Shown: piece after piece, positions 1 to 9,675 of the stretch
Numbering within the stretch: the first letter of the stretch is position 1
Layout of the letters: every line of letters starts with the position of its first letter
DNA from: Candidatus Latescibacterota bacterium
GTDB taxonomy: Bacteria > Latescibacterota > UBA2968 > UBA8231
Length of the DNA stretch: 64,000 nt
Reading direction: 5' to 3'
NCBI GenBank assembly: GCA_963422735.1
Contig: OY730476.1
Span: 3,584,001 to 3,648,000 of the forward strand
Made by a program: the position numbers and the translations under genes
The notes under the pieces: generated by a model
What the model saw: only the letters and a program-made list of their open reading frames with translations
Told to the model about the DNA's origin: nothing
Databases searched by the model: none

Positions 1-359
1 GGCTTCCAAGCCTCGTCAACGGTGAGATCTGCTTCGTACGGGGCGAAAAGGTCGAGGGTGCTCAAGAGGATGGTATGTTCGACTTCAGCGGCGGCAGCCG
101 CCAAGAGAAGATTATACGTGCAGCGCGTATTGCGGTCTAGCCAAGTGATCTCGCCGTCGCCAGCACGCGGCGCATAGGCGAGATGGACGATGGCGTTGAT
201 GTCTGTGACGAGTGCATCGGTCTCGGGGCCGTGCCCCAAATCGCTCTGGATCCCGACCCCAAGCTCAGGATCGGTCAGGCGCAGTTGGTGTGCGTCGCCG
301 AGGCCAGCGGCTAGGGCTTGGCCGAGCGAGGTGGCGGCGTTGGTAATTAGTACGTGCAT
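1..359 (-). CDS. NAD-dependent epimerase/dehydratase family protein (5' part; runs off the window edge)
   Basis: Not in the ORF track. Manual translation from ATG at 359: MHVLITNAATSLGQALAAGLGDAHQLRLTD...DINAIVHLA...RNTRCTYNLLLAAAAAEVEHTILLST..., an extended-SDR pattern with a degenerate Gly-rich loop. Starts 4 nt after the guaB stop. Confidence 0.7.
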   Translation of the reverse strand, partial: MHVLITNAATSLGQALAAGLGDAHQLRLTDPELGVGIQSDLGHGPETDALVTDINAIVHLAYAPRAGDGEITWLDRNTRCTYNLLLAAAAAEVEHTILLSTLDLFAPYEADLTVDEAWK

Positions 360-363
360 AGCC

Positions 364-1845
364 CTAGAGGATCTGTTGGTCGGTATGGGTGGGGACGATA
401 TCGTGGATTTGGCTGTCCATCAGCGCGGTGGGCGACTGCATTTCGAGCACGGCCTTTTCTTGCAACTCGTCGATGGTGCGGCAACCGGCCGTGGCGAGGG
501 TGGCGCGCAGCATCTGGATGCGGATCGGCAATTTGTCGTGAATCGAGCCGATGTGGGGCACGTAGCCGGCGATGCCCTCCTCGAAGAAGTGCACTTGCGT
601 CTGTGCATAGCGCCGCATGTTGTGGGCGCGCAGCGAACCTTCCATCCAGTACTCTTTGACGATGTCGCCGGCCGCCGTGCGCACGAGGTTGCCTTGGCTC
701 TCGGTGTAGCCGGCGAAGAAGTGCCCCATCATCACGGCATTGGCACCCAAGGCCATGGCCACGGCGATCTCGGCCGGACCTGAAATCCCGCCGTCGGCGA
801 CGATGGGCAAGTAGGCGTTGCAATCCTGCTGCCACTGGTTGCGCGCCGCGCTGATTTCCATCAAGGCCGTGCCTTGGCCGCGGCCGGTGGCCTTGATTTC
901 CTGAGTAATGCAGCCCGAGCCGATTCCCATGCCGACTTTGACGGCGTCGGCACCGGCCTCGGCCAAGAAGCGAAATCCCTCGGCCGTGACGACGTTGCCG
1001 CTGATGACCGGGGCGTCGGTGCGCTCCTTTATGAATTGGATCATCTGCCGCTGGTGCTCAGTGTGGCCATCAGAGGCGTCGATGACGAGCACGTCCGCTT
1101 CTTGCACAATGAGGGCTTCGGCCCGCTCGCGGTCCTCCGGGTGGGTGGAGACGGCCGCGCCGACGAGTAGGCGCTTCTTCTCGTCGATTGATTCGTTGGG
1201 GTGCCGCAGGTGCTTGTCGAGGTCCTTTTTGAAGACCACCGCTTGCAGTACGCCCCCCTTGGAGAGTATGGGCAGGAAGCCGCGGCCGTAGCGGATCATC
1301 AGCTCATTGGCGGCCTTGAGGTCGCTTATTTCGCGGCCAGCCTGCACGTCGGTCTTCATGCGGGAGGCAACTTGGCAGTCGAGGTCTCGGTGCTCGTTGA
1401 AGTCCTTGTCGGTGAGGATGCCGAGAAGCTGGTCGTGGAACTGGCCGCTGGTGGTGACCGGAAAAGTCGTATAGCCGGTGCGGTGGATGATCTCGACGAC
1501 CTCGGAGATGGGTTGGTCGGGGGCCAAGGTGAGAATATCGGTCTGAAAACCAGCCTTGAAGCGCTTGACTTGGCTGATTTTGGCGCACTGCTCGTCAATG
1601 GGCTGGCTGACGGGCAGGATGCCGATGCCGCCTAGCTGGGCCAAGGCAATGGCCATCTCGCCGCCAGTTACGGCCTGCATGGCGGCGCTGAGGAAGGGAA
1701 CGTGCAGATAGAGAAAGCCGTCTCTCTTGCGGCAGAGCCGGGTTTTGAGCGACGCGTTGAGAGGGCTGCCATCGGTTGGCGTGTACCCAGGCAGAATGCG
1801 AAACTCTTTGAGGCTGTGCGAAGGGGTGCTCAGGACTTGGGCCAT
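364..1845 (-). CDS. guaB: IMP dehydrogenase with CBS pair
   Basis: [19 protein letters not shown], catalytic loop [30 protein letters not shown] motifs. Confidence 0.92.
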   Translation of the reverse strand: MAQVLSTPSHSLKEFRILPGYTPTDGSPLNASLKTRLCRKRDGFLYLHVPFLSAAMQAVTGGEMAIALAQLGGIGILPVSQPIDEQCAKISQVKRFKAGFQTDILTLAPDQPISEVVEIIHRTGYTTFPVTTSGQFHDQLLGILTDKDFNEHRDLDCQVASRMKTDVQAGREISDLKAANELMIRYGRGFLPILSKGGVLQAVVFKKDLDKHLRHPNESIDEKKRLLVGAAVSTHPEDRERAEALIVQEADVLVIDASDGHTEHQRQMIQFIKERTDAPVISGNVVTAEGFRFLAEAGADAVKVGMGIGSGCITQEIKATGRGQGTALMEISAARNQWQQDCNAYLPIVADGGISGPAEIAVAMALGANAVMMGHFFAGYTESQGNLVRTAAGDIVKEYWMEGSLRAHNMRRYAQTQVHFFEEGIAGYVPHIGSIHDKLPIRIQMLRATLATAGCRTIDELQEKAVLEMQSPTALMDSQIHDIVPTHTDQQIL

Positions 1846-1933
1846 AGAAGTCCTCTCTGCGTTGTGGGAGGGGGGGAAGGGGGAAGGTTTAGCCTTAAAA
1901 TATAAAGATTGCGTTGGTTTTATTCAATACACT

Positions 1934-1962
1934 TGGTTTTCTTTAGATTATAAAGAAAACCA
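1934..1962. promoter_or_regulatory. Perfect 12-bp inverted repeat between divergent guaB and the ytxH-like gene
   Basis: TGGTTTTCTTTA-gatta-TAAAGAAAACCA in an AT-rich intergenic region. Confidence 0.5.
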
Positions 1963-1980
1963 TAGCCAAAGGAGCTTTGT

Positions 1981-2229
1981 ATGTTCTACGAAAAAATTCA
2001 TCCCAAGCAGCATTCAACCAATGGCACGACGTGCCTCTTGGTTGGCTTTGTGGCCGGTGTCGCGGTCGGTGCGGCCATAGGCGTTTTACTGGCCCCGCAC
2101 AAGGGCGAGGACACCCGGCGCCTGGTCGCGCGCCAAGCCGAGGAAACGCGCGACCAGGTAGTGAAGGCCGTAGACGGGATGACGGCGCGGCGTGAGAAGG
2201 CCCCACAGGACGAGGAGGCTCAGGCCTAA
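1981..2229 (+). CDS. YtxH-domain small membrane protein
   Basis: AAAGGAG RBS; GFVAGVAVGAAIGVLLAPHKGEDTR matches the YtxH consensus. Confidence 0.85.
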   Translation: MFYEKIHPKQHSTNGTTCLLVGFVAGVAVGAAIGVLLAPHKGEDTRRLVARQAEETRDQVVKAVDGMTARREKAPQDEEAQA

Positions 2230-4007
2230 GACCGGCCGTAGTTGAGGCGGTGGAGCCGCGCATAGATGCCGTCTTGGAGCAAAAGATCCTCGTGGCGGCC
2301 CCGCTCACGCACCTCGCCGCGGTGCATCACCAAGATTTGGTCGGCACTGCGGATGGTCGAGAGGCGATGAGCGATGACGATGGAGGTGCGTTCGCTCATC
2401 AGCTTGGCGATGGCGTCTTGGATAAGTTGTTCGGTTTCAGTGTCGATGCTGGAGGTCGCCTCGTCGAGGACGAGAATCTCTGGGTCAAAGGCTAAGGCCC
2501 GGGCAAAGGCCAATAACTGGCGCTGGCCGGCCGACAGGGTCGAGCCGCCTTCGGCCACGGCGTGGGCAAAGCCTTGGGGGAGGCGTTCGATAAAGGGCGC
2601 GGCGTTGACGTAGCGGGCCGCGCGCTCGACTTGGGAGTCTTCAATGGCGTCCTCGCCGAGGCGGATGTTGCCGCTGATATCTCCCGAAAACAAGAAGACC
2701 TCCTGCTGGACGATGCTGATGCGGCGGCGCAACTCGGCCGCGTGCCACTGGCGCACGTCGCGGCCATCGATGAGGATTTCTCCGTGCTGGATGTCGTAGA
2801 AGCGGCAGAGGAGGCTAACGATGGTGGTCTTGCCCGAGCCGGTGGCCCCGACCAGCGCTAGGCTCTGCCCGGCCTTTAGTTCAAACGAGACATCCTTGAG
2901 GATCCAGTCCTCGGCCGCTGGGTCGTACTTGAAGAACACGTTGCGGAATTCAATTGCGCCGCGGTCCGCCGCAGGCAGGTTGCGCCGCGGTCCGCCGGCG
3001 GGTTCGCCGGGGACGGCCAACAGCTCAAAGATGCGCTCGGACGCGGCCATGGCGCTCTGCAGCAGGGCATAGCGGTCGGAGATGTCCATGATCGGGCGGA
3101 AGAAGCGGCGGATGTACTGGAGAAAAGCCACCAGCACCCCCAGCTCGACGCGACCGGCGATTACGTCCGAGGCCCCGTACCACAGCACCATTGCCATGCC
3201 GACCGTGCCGAGGAACTCGGTGAAGGGGAAGAAGAGGGCATAGCAGTGAATCTCGCGGTCTTCGGCGCGGCGATAGGGCCGATGCTCGGCGTCGAAGTCG
3301 CGCAAATTGCGTCGCTGGCGGTTGAAGAGCTGTACCACCTCCACGCCGGTGATGTTCTCCTGCAAATAGGCATTGAGCCGCGCTAGGCGTGTGCGCAACT
3401 CGCGATAGGCGCGTATGGCCAGACCTTGGAGGTAGAAGGTCGAGACGGCGATGACCGGGACTACTGTGCAGCAGATTAGGGCGAGCTCAAAGTCGATATA
3501 GGCCATGAAGCCGATGATGGCCAGCAGAGTAAAAAGGTCCATAAAGACCGAGACGATGCCCTCGCTGAAAAACTCGTTGAGGGCGTCGATGTCGTTGGTG
3601 GCGCGGGTCATAATTCGGCCCAGCGGCGTGCGGTCGAAGTAGCGCAGAGGCAGCTTTTGCAGGTGGGCGAAGAGGTCGCGGCGCATGTCGTACATGACGC
3701 GCTGGCCGATCATGCCGGTGACCAAGGTCTGGGCGTATTGGGTGCCGTACTGCACGGCGACGCTAAAAAAGAAAGCCGCGATCATCCACCGCAAACCCGC
3801 CCAGTCGCCGATGGCGATGTAGTCGTCAACAGCCACCTGTGTCAGATAGGGGCCGATCTGGCCGGTACCTGCGGCGAGGGCAATGGTGCTGAAGGCGATG
3901 ACCACGCGCCCGCGGTGGGGTTTGAGATACCCCAACAGTTGCAGCGTCAGCCCCAAATTGAAGGCGCGTTCTTGAATTTCTTCTTCTTTGTTGAGTTCGG
4001 TGTTCAC
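2226..4007 (-). CDS. ABC exporter subunit (TMD+NBD), partner 2 of a heterodimer
   Basis: GATGSGKT, LSAGQRQ, LDEATS, IAHRLST; N-terminal TMD. Confidence 0.92.
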   Translation of the reverse strand: MNTELNKEEEIQERAFNLGLTLQLLGYLKPHRGRVVIAFSTIALAAGTGQIGPYLTQVAVDDYIAIGDWAGLRWMIAAFFFSVAVQYGTQYAQTLVTGMIGQRVMYDMRRDLFAHLQKLPLRYFDRTPLGRIMTRATNDIDALNEFFSEGIVSVFMDLFTLLAIIGFMAYIDFELALICCTVVPVIAVSTFYLQGLAIRAYRELRTRLARLNAYLQENITGVEVVQLFNRQRRNLRDFDAEHRPYRRAEDREIHCYALFFPFTEFLGTVGMAMVLWYGASDVIAGRVELGVLVAFLQYIRRFFRPIMDISDRYALLQSAMAASERIFELLAVPGEPAGGPRRNLPAADRGAIEFRNVFFKYDPAAEDWILKDVSFELKAGQSLALVGATGSGKTTIVSLLCRFYDIQHGEILIDGRDVRQWHAAELRRRISIVQQEVFLFSGDISGNIRLGEDAIEDSQVERAARYVNAAPFIERLPQGFAHAVAEGGSTLSAGQRQLLAFARALAFDPEILVLDEATSSIDTETEQLIQDAIAKLMSERTSIVIAHRLSTIRSADQILVMHRGEVRERGRHEDLLLQDGIYARLHRLNYGRS

Positions 4008-5743
4008 AGCGTTTCCAACTCGGTGCTTAGCTGCTGGTGCTGGTACAACTCGGCGTAGAAGCCTCCGCTGCTGACCAACTCGTCGTGGGTGCCCTGCTCG
4101 GCGATGCGGCCGTCTTCGAGCACCGCGATGTGGTCAGCGTGGCGCAGGGTCGAGATGCGGTGGGCGATGATGAGGGTGGTGCGGCCCTGCATGAGGGTGT
4201 GCAAGTGGTCGAGGATGGCTTCCTCAGTGTGGGTGTCCACCGCGGAGAGCGCGTCGTCGAGGATGAGGATCTGCGGGCGGCGAATGAGCGCTCGGGCCAA
4301 GGTCGCGCGCTGCTTTTGGCCGCCGGATAAAGTAACCCCGCGCTCGCCGATGAGGGTGTCGAAGCCCTCGTCGAACTGGTCGATGTCCTTTTTGAGCTGA
4401 GCATCTTCGGCTGCGGCGCGAATCTGGACCTCTGCGGCTGAGTCCGCGCCATAGGCGATGTTGGCATTGAGGGTATTGGAAAATAGAAAGGGATTTTGCG
4501 GGACGTAGCCGATGGCGTCGCGCAAGGTCGCTAGGGGCCATTCCTCGATCGGCACCCCGTCGATGAACAGCTGCCCCGGCTCGGCTTGGATCAAGCGGGG
4601 CACGAGGCGCGCTAAGGTGGTCTTGCCCGAGCCGACCCGGCCGATAATCCCGAGGGTCGTACCTAGGGGAATATCGAGATCAATCTGATGTAGGACTTGC
4701 TCCCCGCTGTAGGAGAAACTGAGTTTGCGGAAGGCGATGTGCCCGGCGATTGGGCGCGGATTAGCCGGGGGGAGGGCATGGTCTTGGATTTCAGGCTCGA
4801 CGGCGAGGATTTCGTTGATGCGCTGCATGGACACGAGGGCACGCTGGGCGCGGTCGATGACCCAGCCGATGTACATGATCGGGCGGATGAGCTGGGTCAG
4901 GTAGGCGTTGAAGGCGACGAACGTTCCCAAGCTGAGTTCGCCGTCGATGACCTCGCGCCCTCCTAGCCACAAGTTCAGCCCCAAGCAGAGCGAGGCGATG
5001 ACATAGGAGAGCGGCCGGTAGTTGGCGCGAGTGAGGATATAAGCACGGTTTTTTTCGAGGTACGCTAGGTTGAGCCGGTCGAACGCGGCGTTTTGCGCTG
5101 GCTCTTGGGTGTAGGCCCTGACCACGCGGATGCCGGAGAGGTTTTCTTGGATGAAGGTGCTGATCTGACCGAAGTATTCTTGGATGGCCTTGTAGCGGGT
5201 GTTGATGACCGCGGCGATGCGGATCATCACGACACTGAAAAGCGGCATGGGCAGCATCACCAGCAGGGCCAGCTTCCAGTCGAGCAGACACATACAGGCG
5301 AGCATGAAGGTCAGCCCCAAGGCGGTATCGATAATGCCGCGGATGCCATAGACCCAAAAAATATGCACAGAGTGGAGATCGTTGGTCGCCCGCGCCATGA
5401 GGTCCCCGGTGCGGCGCTGCTGGTAGTACGAGAGCGGCAGCTTGAGCAGGTGGGCAAAATACGCGGTGCGGATGTCGTATTCGATGCGGTTGGCGGCGCG
5501 GCCCAACAGCACCCGCATGACGTACCCGCACAGAGCCACCCCCAAGGCGTAGGCGAGGATGTAGAAGGCGTAGGTCTCTATTCCTCCGGGGGCGATATCC
5601 GGTGCCGAGACCGCATCGACGGCATCACCCACCAGCAGTGGGATGCGTGCCATCGCCGCCTGCCCCAGCCCGATGCAGAGAGCACCGAGCAGGATGCGGC
5701 CCCGATAGGGACGGACGTATTGGGAAAACGGACCAAACATCAA
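4004..5743 (-). CDS. ABC exporter subunit (TMD+NBD), partner 1 of a heterodimer
   Basis: GRVGSGKT, LSGGQKQR, degenerate Walker B LDDALS; overlaps its partner, as in YheI/YheH-type heterodimers. Confidence 0.92.
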   Translation of the reverse strand: MMFGPFSQYVRPYRGRILLGALCIGLGQAAMARIPLLVGDAVDAVSAPDIAPGGIETYAFYILAYALGVALCGYVMRVLLGRAANRIEYDIRTAYFAHLLKLPLSYYQQRRTGDLMARATNDLHSVHIFWVYGIRGIIDTALGLTFMLACMCLLDWKLALLVMLPMPLFSVVMIRIAAVINTRYKAIQEYFGQISTFIQENLSGIRVVRAYTQEPAQNAAFDRLNLAYLEKNRAYILTRANYRPLSYVIASLCLGLNLWLGGREVIDGELSLGTFVAFNAYLTQLIRPIMYIGWVIDRAQRALVSMQRINEILAVEPEIQDHALPPANPRPIAGHIAFRKLSFSYSGEQVLHQIDLDIPLGTTLGIIGRVGSGKTTLARLVPRLIQAEPGQLFIDGVPIEEWPLATLRDAIGYVPQNPFLFSNTLNANIAYGADSAAEVQIRAAAEDAQLKKDIDQFDEGFDTLIGERGVTLSGGQKQRATLARALIRRPQILILDDALSAVDTHTEEAILDHLHTLMQGRTTLIIAHRISTLRHADHIAVLEDGRIAEQGTHDELVSSGGFYAELYQHQQLSTELETL

Positions 5744-6348
5744 CGGGCGAGGGCAAGTTCGGGAAAAGTGCTGGCGAGGAGCGGGCGCATAGCAGCCAGC
5801 GCTTGGGCGCGGTGGCTGAGCCGGTTTTTTATTTGCGGGTCGATCTGGGCCATGGTTTTGGCATAGGCGGGTACAAAAAAGACCGGATCGTAGCCAAAGC
5901 CGTTGGTCCCGGCTGGAGCCGGGGCGATTAGCCCTTCACACCTGCCTTCGGCTTGGCACTGGCGACCGTCGGGGCTTACTGCGCAGAGGACGCAGCGAAA
6001 TCGGGCTTGGCGTTGCGCTGGCTCAGGATAGGGCGCAAGCTCGGCGAGCAAGAGCCGAAAGCGGCCGGCGTCGTCGAGGTCGGGGCCGCCGTAGCGGGCC
6101 GAATAAATCCCGGGAGCGCCGCCGAGGGTATCGACCTCAAGCCCGGAGTCGTCGGCGAGGGCAATCTGTCCGCTGGCCGCTGCATAGGCGCGAGCCTTGA
6201 GTTGGGCGTTGGCGGCAAAGGTCTGGCCGCTTTCCTCGACGCAGAGCTGTAAGTCGAGTTCAGCCGGCGCGATGACCTCGACGTCGGCAAACAGAGCGCG
6301 GACTTCGCGCAGCTTGCCGGCGTTGTTCGAGGCCAAAAGCAGCGCCAT
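5740..6348 (-). CDS. rdgB: Non-canonical purine NTP pyrophosphatase (RdgB/HAM1)
   Basis: ASNNAGKLRE, ADDSGLEV, GAPGIYSARY, GFGYDPVF, KNRLSHR. Confidence 0.93.
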   Translation of the reverse strand: MALLLASNNAGKLREVRALFADVEVIAPAELDLQLCVEESGQTFAANAQLKARAYAAASGQIALADDSGLEVDTLGGAPGIYSARYGGPDLDDAGRFRLLLAELAPYPEPAQRQARFRCVLCAVSPDGRQCQAEGRCEGLIAPAPAGTNGFGYDPVFFVPAYAKTMAQIDPQIKNRLSHRAQALAAMRPLLASTFPELALAR

Positions 6349-6353
6349 TACGG

Positions 6354-7406
6354 CTATCGGGGCTGCTCGTCAATTTCTGCGAGTTTGCTCGCTGCGTAGT
6401 CCTTGAAGCGGCTGTCTTTCACCGCTAGGTTGTACCAGCGCCGCGCCTCCTGTCGTTGGCCTAGCTGGAAATGCGCGTCGCCCAGCAGCACTTCGGCGGC
6501 CCGGTAGTCGGGTTGGCAACTCGTGGCGCGCCGGCCGTGGTCCTTGGCTTGGCGGAAGTTGCCCATGCCGTAGTGAGCCTCGCCCAGCCGGTAGAGAGCC
6601 TCGCAGTCGTTGCCGTCCAGCTCGACCGCCTCTTTCAGCGGGACAATGGCCTCGTGGTATCGCTCGAGCTGGTTGAGGGCGGTGCCGAGTAAGCGCTGCC
6701 CTTCGACGTACTCAGCGTCGATCGCTAAAGCCTTTTGTAGCGTCGGCACAATGTCCTCTAGGTCTTGAGTGGCAAATTTCACCCGCGCTAAACCGCCGTA
6801 CGCCTCCATGTACGTGGAATCGACCTCAATGGCTTGCTGATAGGTGCTAACGGCCTGGCCGTAATCGCCGCTGACTCGCTGGAGATCGCCGAGTGCCTTG
6901 TAGGCTTTTGAGTAGGAGGGATCGGCCTCGGTAGCCTGTTCAAAGGCTTTTTTGGCCTTGTCTTCCTCGCGCAGGCCGTTGTAGGAAAGGCCCATGACGT
7001 AGAGGGATTGGGCATTGAGCATATTGAGGTCCTGCGCGTCGGTAAAATAGGCGATGACCTCGTTGTATTTCTTTTGGCGAAAGCTGTTGAGGGCGGCCTT
7101 TTGATAGAGCTGGCCTAGGGCTTTAGCGGCCTGTTCCGGATTGGTACCGAGGGCACGGGCCGCGATAAAGCTTTTGATGGCTTTGTCGTGCTCATTGAGG
7201 GCCTTGTAGGAAGCGCCGAGGAGGTAGTGAGCGTTTCCGTAGGAGGCATCGGCCGCCACAGCCTTTTCTAGTTCGATGACGGCGTTGCGGTAGCTGCCCT
7301 TCTTGACCAAGTCGTAGCCCTCGCGGTAGAAGTCGAGGGCCTCGGGCGACTGAGCAAGGGCAGGTGCGCCCAAAAGGGCGAGGCTGAGTAAGCAGCAGTA
7401 CTTCAA
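6354..7406 (-). CDS. Exported tetratricopeptide-repeat protein
   Basis: Signal peptide (ALA-Q), multiple TPR repeats, AGGAGG RBS upstream of TTG. Confidence 0.85.
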   Translation of the reverse strand: MKYCCLLSLALLGAPALAQSPEALDFYREGYDLVKKGSYRNAVIELEKAVAADASYGNAHYLLGASYKALNEHDKAIKSFIAARALGTNPEQAAKALGQLYQKAALNSFRQKKYNEVIAYFTDAQDLNMLNAQSLYVMGLSYNGLREEDKAKKAFEQATEADPSYSKAYKALGDLQRVSGDYGQAVSTYQQAIEVDSTYMEAYGGLARVKFATQDLEDIVPTLQKALAIDAEYVEGQRLLGTALNQLERYHEAIVPLKEAVELDGNDCEALYRLGEAHYGMGNFRQAKDHGRRATSCQPDYRAAEVLLGDAHFQLGQRQEARRWYNLAVKDSRFKDYAASKLAEIDEQPR

Positions 7407-7448
7407 AGCGGGGCCTCCTATACAAGGGTAAAAGACATGGGTGGGCTT

Positions 7449-7682
7449 TTAGCGGCGAGCGTCAATCTGGGCTTCGACTTCGCCGCGGTCGGGAAAGCGA
7501 CCTTCTTGCAGCTTGGAAAAGATCAGCTCGCCATCGAGGCTGAGTTCAAATCGCCCCCGGTCTGAGGGCACGAGCGAGAAGGCGGCGATATCTTTCTTGT
7601 AGGCGACTAGTAGCTGTTCCGCCAAACTGGCGGCTCTGTTTTCGTAGCCTCAAGCAGAGCAGTAAACGAGTTCCAAGTTCAC
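7449..7682 (-). CDS. SelW/SelT/SelH (Rdx family) selenoprotein, 77 aa, Sec at codon 11
   Basis: GTG start after AGGAGG. MNLELVYCSA-U(TGA 7652-7650)-GYENRAASLAEQLL...SDRGRFELSLDGELIFSKLQEGRFPDRGEV: CxxU motif plus the Rdx GxFE..G..(I)FSK..GRFP signature. Downstream hairpin present. Confidence 0.92.
7619..7633 (-). promoter_or_regulatory. Candidate bacterial SECIS element
   Basis: CCGCCA-GUU-UGGCGG hairpin starting about 17 nt 3' of the in-frame UGA, with G first in the apical loop. Confidence 0.65.
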
Positions 7683-7712
7683 GGGAACCTCCTGTGGAAT
7701 AGGGGTTGAAAA

Positions 7713-7741
7713 AGTATAAAAGGCACTATGAGTATTGTCAA
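7713..7741 (-). promoter_or_regulatory. sigma70 promoter for the selenoprotein-TPR-rdgB-ABC operon
   Basis: TTGACA-17 nt-TATACT on the minus strand, about 30 nt upstream of the GTG. Confidence 0.75.
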
Positions 7742-7866
7742 AAATGGGGGATGGGTGCAGTGGACGGCGTTATGGTCGACCCTTATTATTGAATAGATAG
7801 TAGCCTCCGCAAACTCCTTAGACGCTTCCATAATATCTAAATCATTGAATTGAATAGAGACGCGGT

Positions 7867-8784
7867 ATGGCGGGCACTTTCTTTAAGAAGAAAAAATTTG
7901 GCAGCAATACGCGACTTGCCCTTTGGGCCTTGCTGCTGTGCGCGGGCTTGGGCATCGCGTGTGGAGGCCCCTCGCCGGAAGAGTACATTCACCAGCTCAA
8001 AAGCCAGCAAAAAGCCGAGCGCATAAAAGCCGCCAATCAGCTCATCCGCTTCGACGCTGGCGAGGTCGTCCCTCTCCTGATTGAGGAAGCCGACTCTGGC
8101 TACATCCGTGCGCGGTTTGAGGTAATGCACCTGTTGGGCCGCTTTAAGGACAAACGCGCTGTGCCGACTCTGGTCGCGGCCCTAAAAGACCGGTCGCCGC
8201 GGGTGGCGGCTGCGGCCGCGTGGGCGCTGGGCCAGATCGGCGCACCTGACGCGCTCGCCCCGCTGCTCAAATTCGTGCGCGACCCCACGGTAGAAGTGCG
8301 CCAATACGTGCTCGGCGCGCTCGGCCCGTGCCATTCGTACGAAGCCGAACCGGCCTTGAGCGACTCGGCCTTCCGCGTGGTGCTCCGCGCCTTGCGCGCC
8401 CCCAAGCCCAAGTGGCGGATCGCCGCCTTGCAGAGCCTGCGCGCCTATGGGTACCGCGACGCGGTGGAAGAAGTCATTCGCATGTCGCTGGATCCCTCGG
8501 ACGAGGTGCGCTACGTTGCCGTGCAAGCCCTCGGCCAGATCGGCCGTGCGCCGCTCAGCCTCCCCGCCCGCAACGCCATCTACGAGGCCCTGCTAGTCGC
8601 CCTCGACGCCGACGAGCTACAGAGCATCCGAAGCAAGGCCGTGCATGCCCTCGTCGAGGTGGGCGATGCGCGCGCCGTACCGCACTTGCAGCGGCTGATG
8701 AAGGAGGGCACGGAAAAAGACCAGATCGCAGCCCGGCAAGCTCTATACAACCTAAGCCCCCAAGTAGCCGAGGCGATGAACTGA
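7867..8784 (+). CDS. HEAT/PBS-lyase repeat lipoprotein
   Basis: Lipobox-like GIAC; repeated VR..AA.ALG.IG...A...L motifs. Confidence 0.8.
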   Translation: MAGTFFKKKKFGSNTRLALWALLLCAGLGIACGGPSPEEYIHQLKSQQKAERIKAANQLIRFDAGEVVPLLIEEADSGYIRARFEVMHLLGRFKDKRAVPTLVAALKDRSPRVAAAAAWALGQIGAPDALAPLLKFVRDPTVEVRQYVLGALGPCHSYEAEPALSDSAFRVVLRALRAPKPKWRIAALQSLRAYGYRDAVEEVIRMSLDPSDEVRYVAVQALGQIGRAPLSLPARNAIYEALLVALDADELQSIRSKAVHALVEVGDARAVPHLQRLMKEGTEKDQIAARQALYNLSPQVAEAMN

Positions 8785-8796
8785 GTAAGGAGTGAG

Positions 8797-9675
8797 ATGA
8801 AGGAATTGAAGATCGGCTTTCCGTCCGGGAGCTTGAAGGAGTCCACGTTTGACCTGTTTGTCCGCGCCGGCTATCGAGTGCGGCTCGCACTGCGTTCGTA
8901 CGTGCCCGACATCGACGACCCTCAGCTTTCGGGCCTGATGTTCCGGGCGCAGGAAATCGCCCAGTACGTGGCACGCGGCGTCGTTGATGTGGGCCTGACG
9001 GGCCGAGACTGGATCCTCGAAAGCGAGGTCGATGTAGTCGAAGTCGGCGAGCTGACCTACAGCAAAAGCACGGCGCGGCCCTTGCGCTGGGTTATTGCCG
9101 TGCCCGAGGATTCTCCCATCCAATGCGTCGAAGACCTGCAGGGCCACCGCATCGCCACCGAATTGGTCGGCGTAACGCGCCGCTTCTTGCAGGAGCGCGG
9201 TGTGGAGGCCGAGGTGGAGTTTTCGTGGGGCACGACCGAGGTCAAGGCCGGCATTCCCGGGCTGGTGGATGCCATCGTCGAAGCAACCGAGACGGGTGCA
9301 TCGCTCAAGGCCAACCGGCTGCGCATCGTCGATGCGGTCTGCGAATCGACCCCGCGCTTGATTGCCAACAAGGCAGCGTGGGCCGATGGCTCGAAGCGGG
9401 AGAAGGTCGAGAACTTGTTGATGCTGCTCAAGGGTGCGCTCGAAGCCGAGCACAAGGTCGGCCTCAAAATGAACGTGCCGCGCACCCAGCTCGACCGCGT
9501 CATCGCCCGGCTGCCGGCCCTGCACACGCCCACGGTCTCCAGCCAGATGGACGCCGAGTGGATCGCGCTGGAAATCGTCGCCGACGAGCGCGTGGTGCGC
9601 GAGCTAATCCCCCAACTCAAGCGGCTCGGGGCCGAAGGCATTATCGAATACCCGCTCAACAAGGTCGTGTATTGA
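8797..9675 (+). CDS. hisG: ATP phosphoribosyltransferase (long form)
   Basis: GFPSGSL, RAQEI, DVGLTGRD, ETGASLKANRL, C-terminal regulatory domain (PTVS, GAEGII). Confidence 0.95.
   Translation: MKELKIGFPSGSLKESTFDLFVRAGYRVRLALRSYVPDIDDPQLSGLMFRAQEIAQYVARGVVDVGLTGRDWILESEVDVVEVGELTYSKSTARPLRWVIAVPEDSPIQCVEDLQGHRIATELVGVTRRFLQERGVEAEVEFSWGTTEVKAGIPGLVDAIVEATETGASLKANRLRIVDAVCESTPRLIANKAAWADGSKREKVENLLMLLKGALEAEHKVGLKMNVPRTQLDRVIARLPALHTPTVSSQMDAEWIALEIVADERVVRELIPQLKRLGAEGIIEYPLNKVVY

Noticed and set aside
9123-9674. N-terminal extension of hisD in the ORF track (618 aa)
   Set aside because: Overlaps hisG in another frame; the real start is the ATG coupled to the hisG stop at 9675
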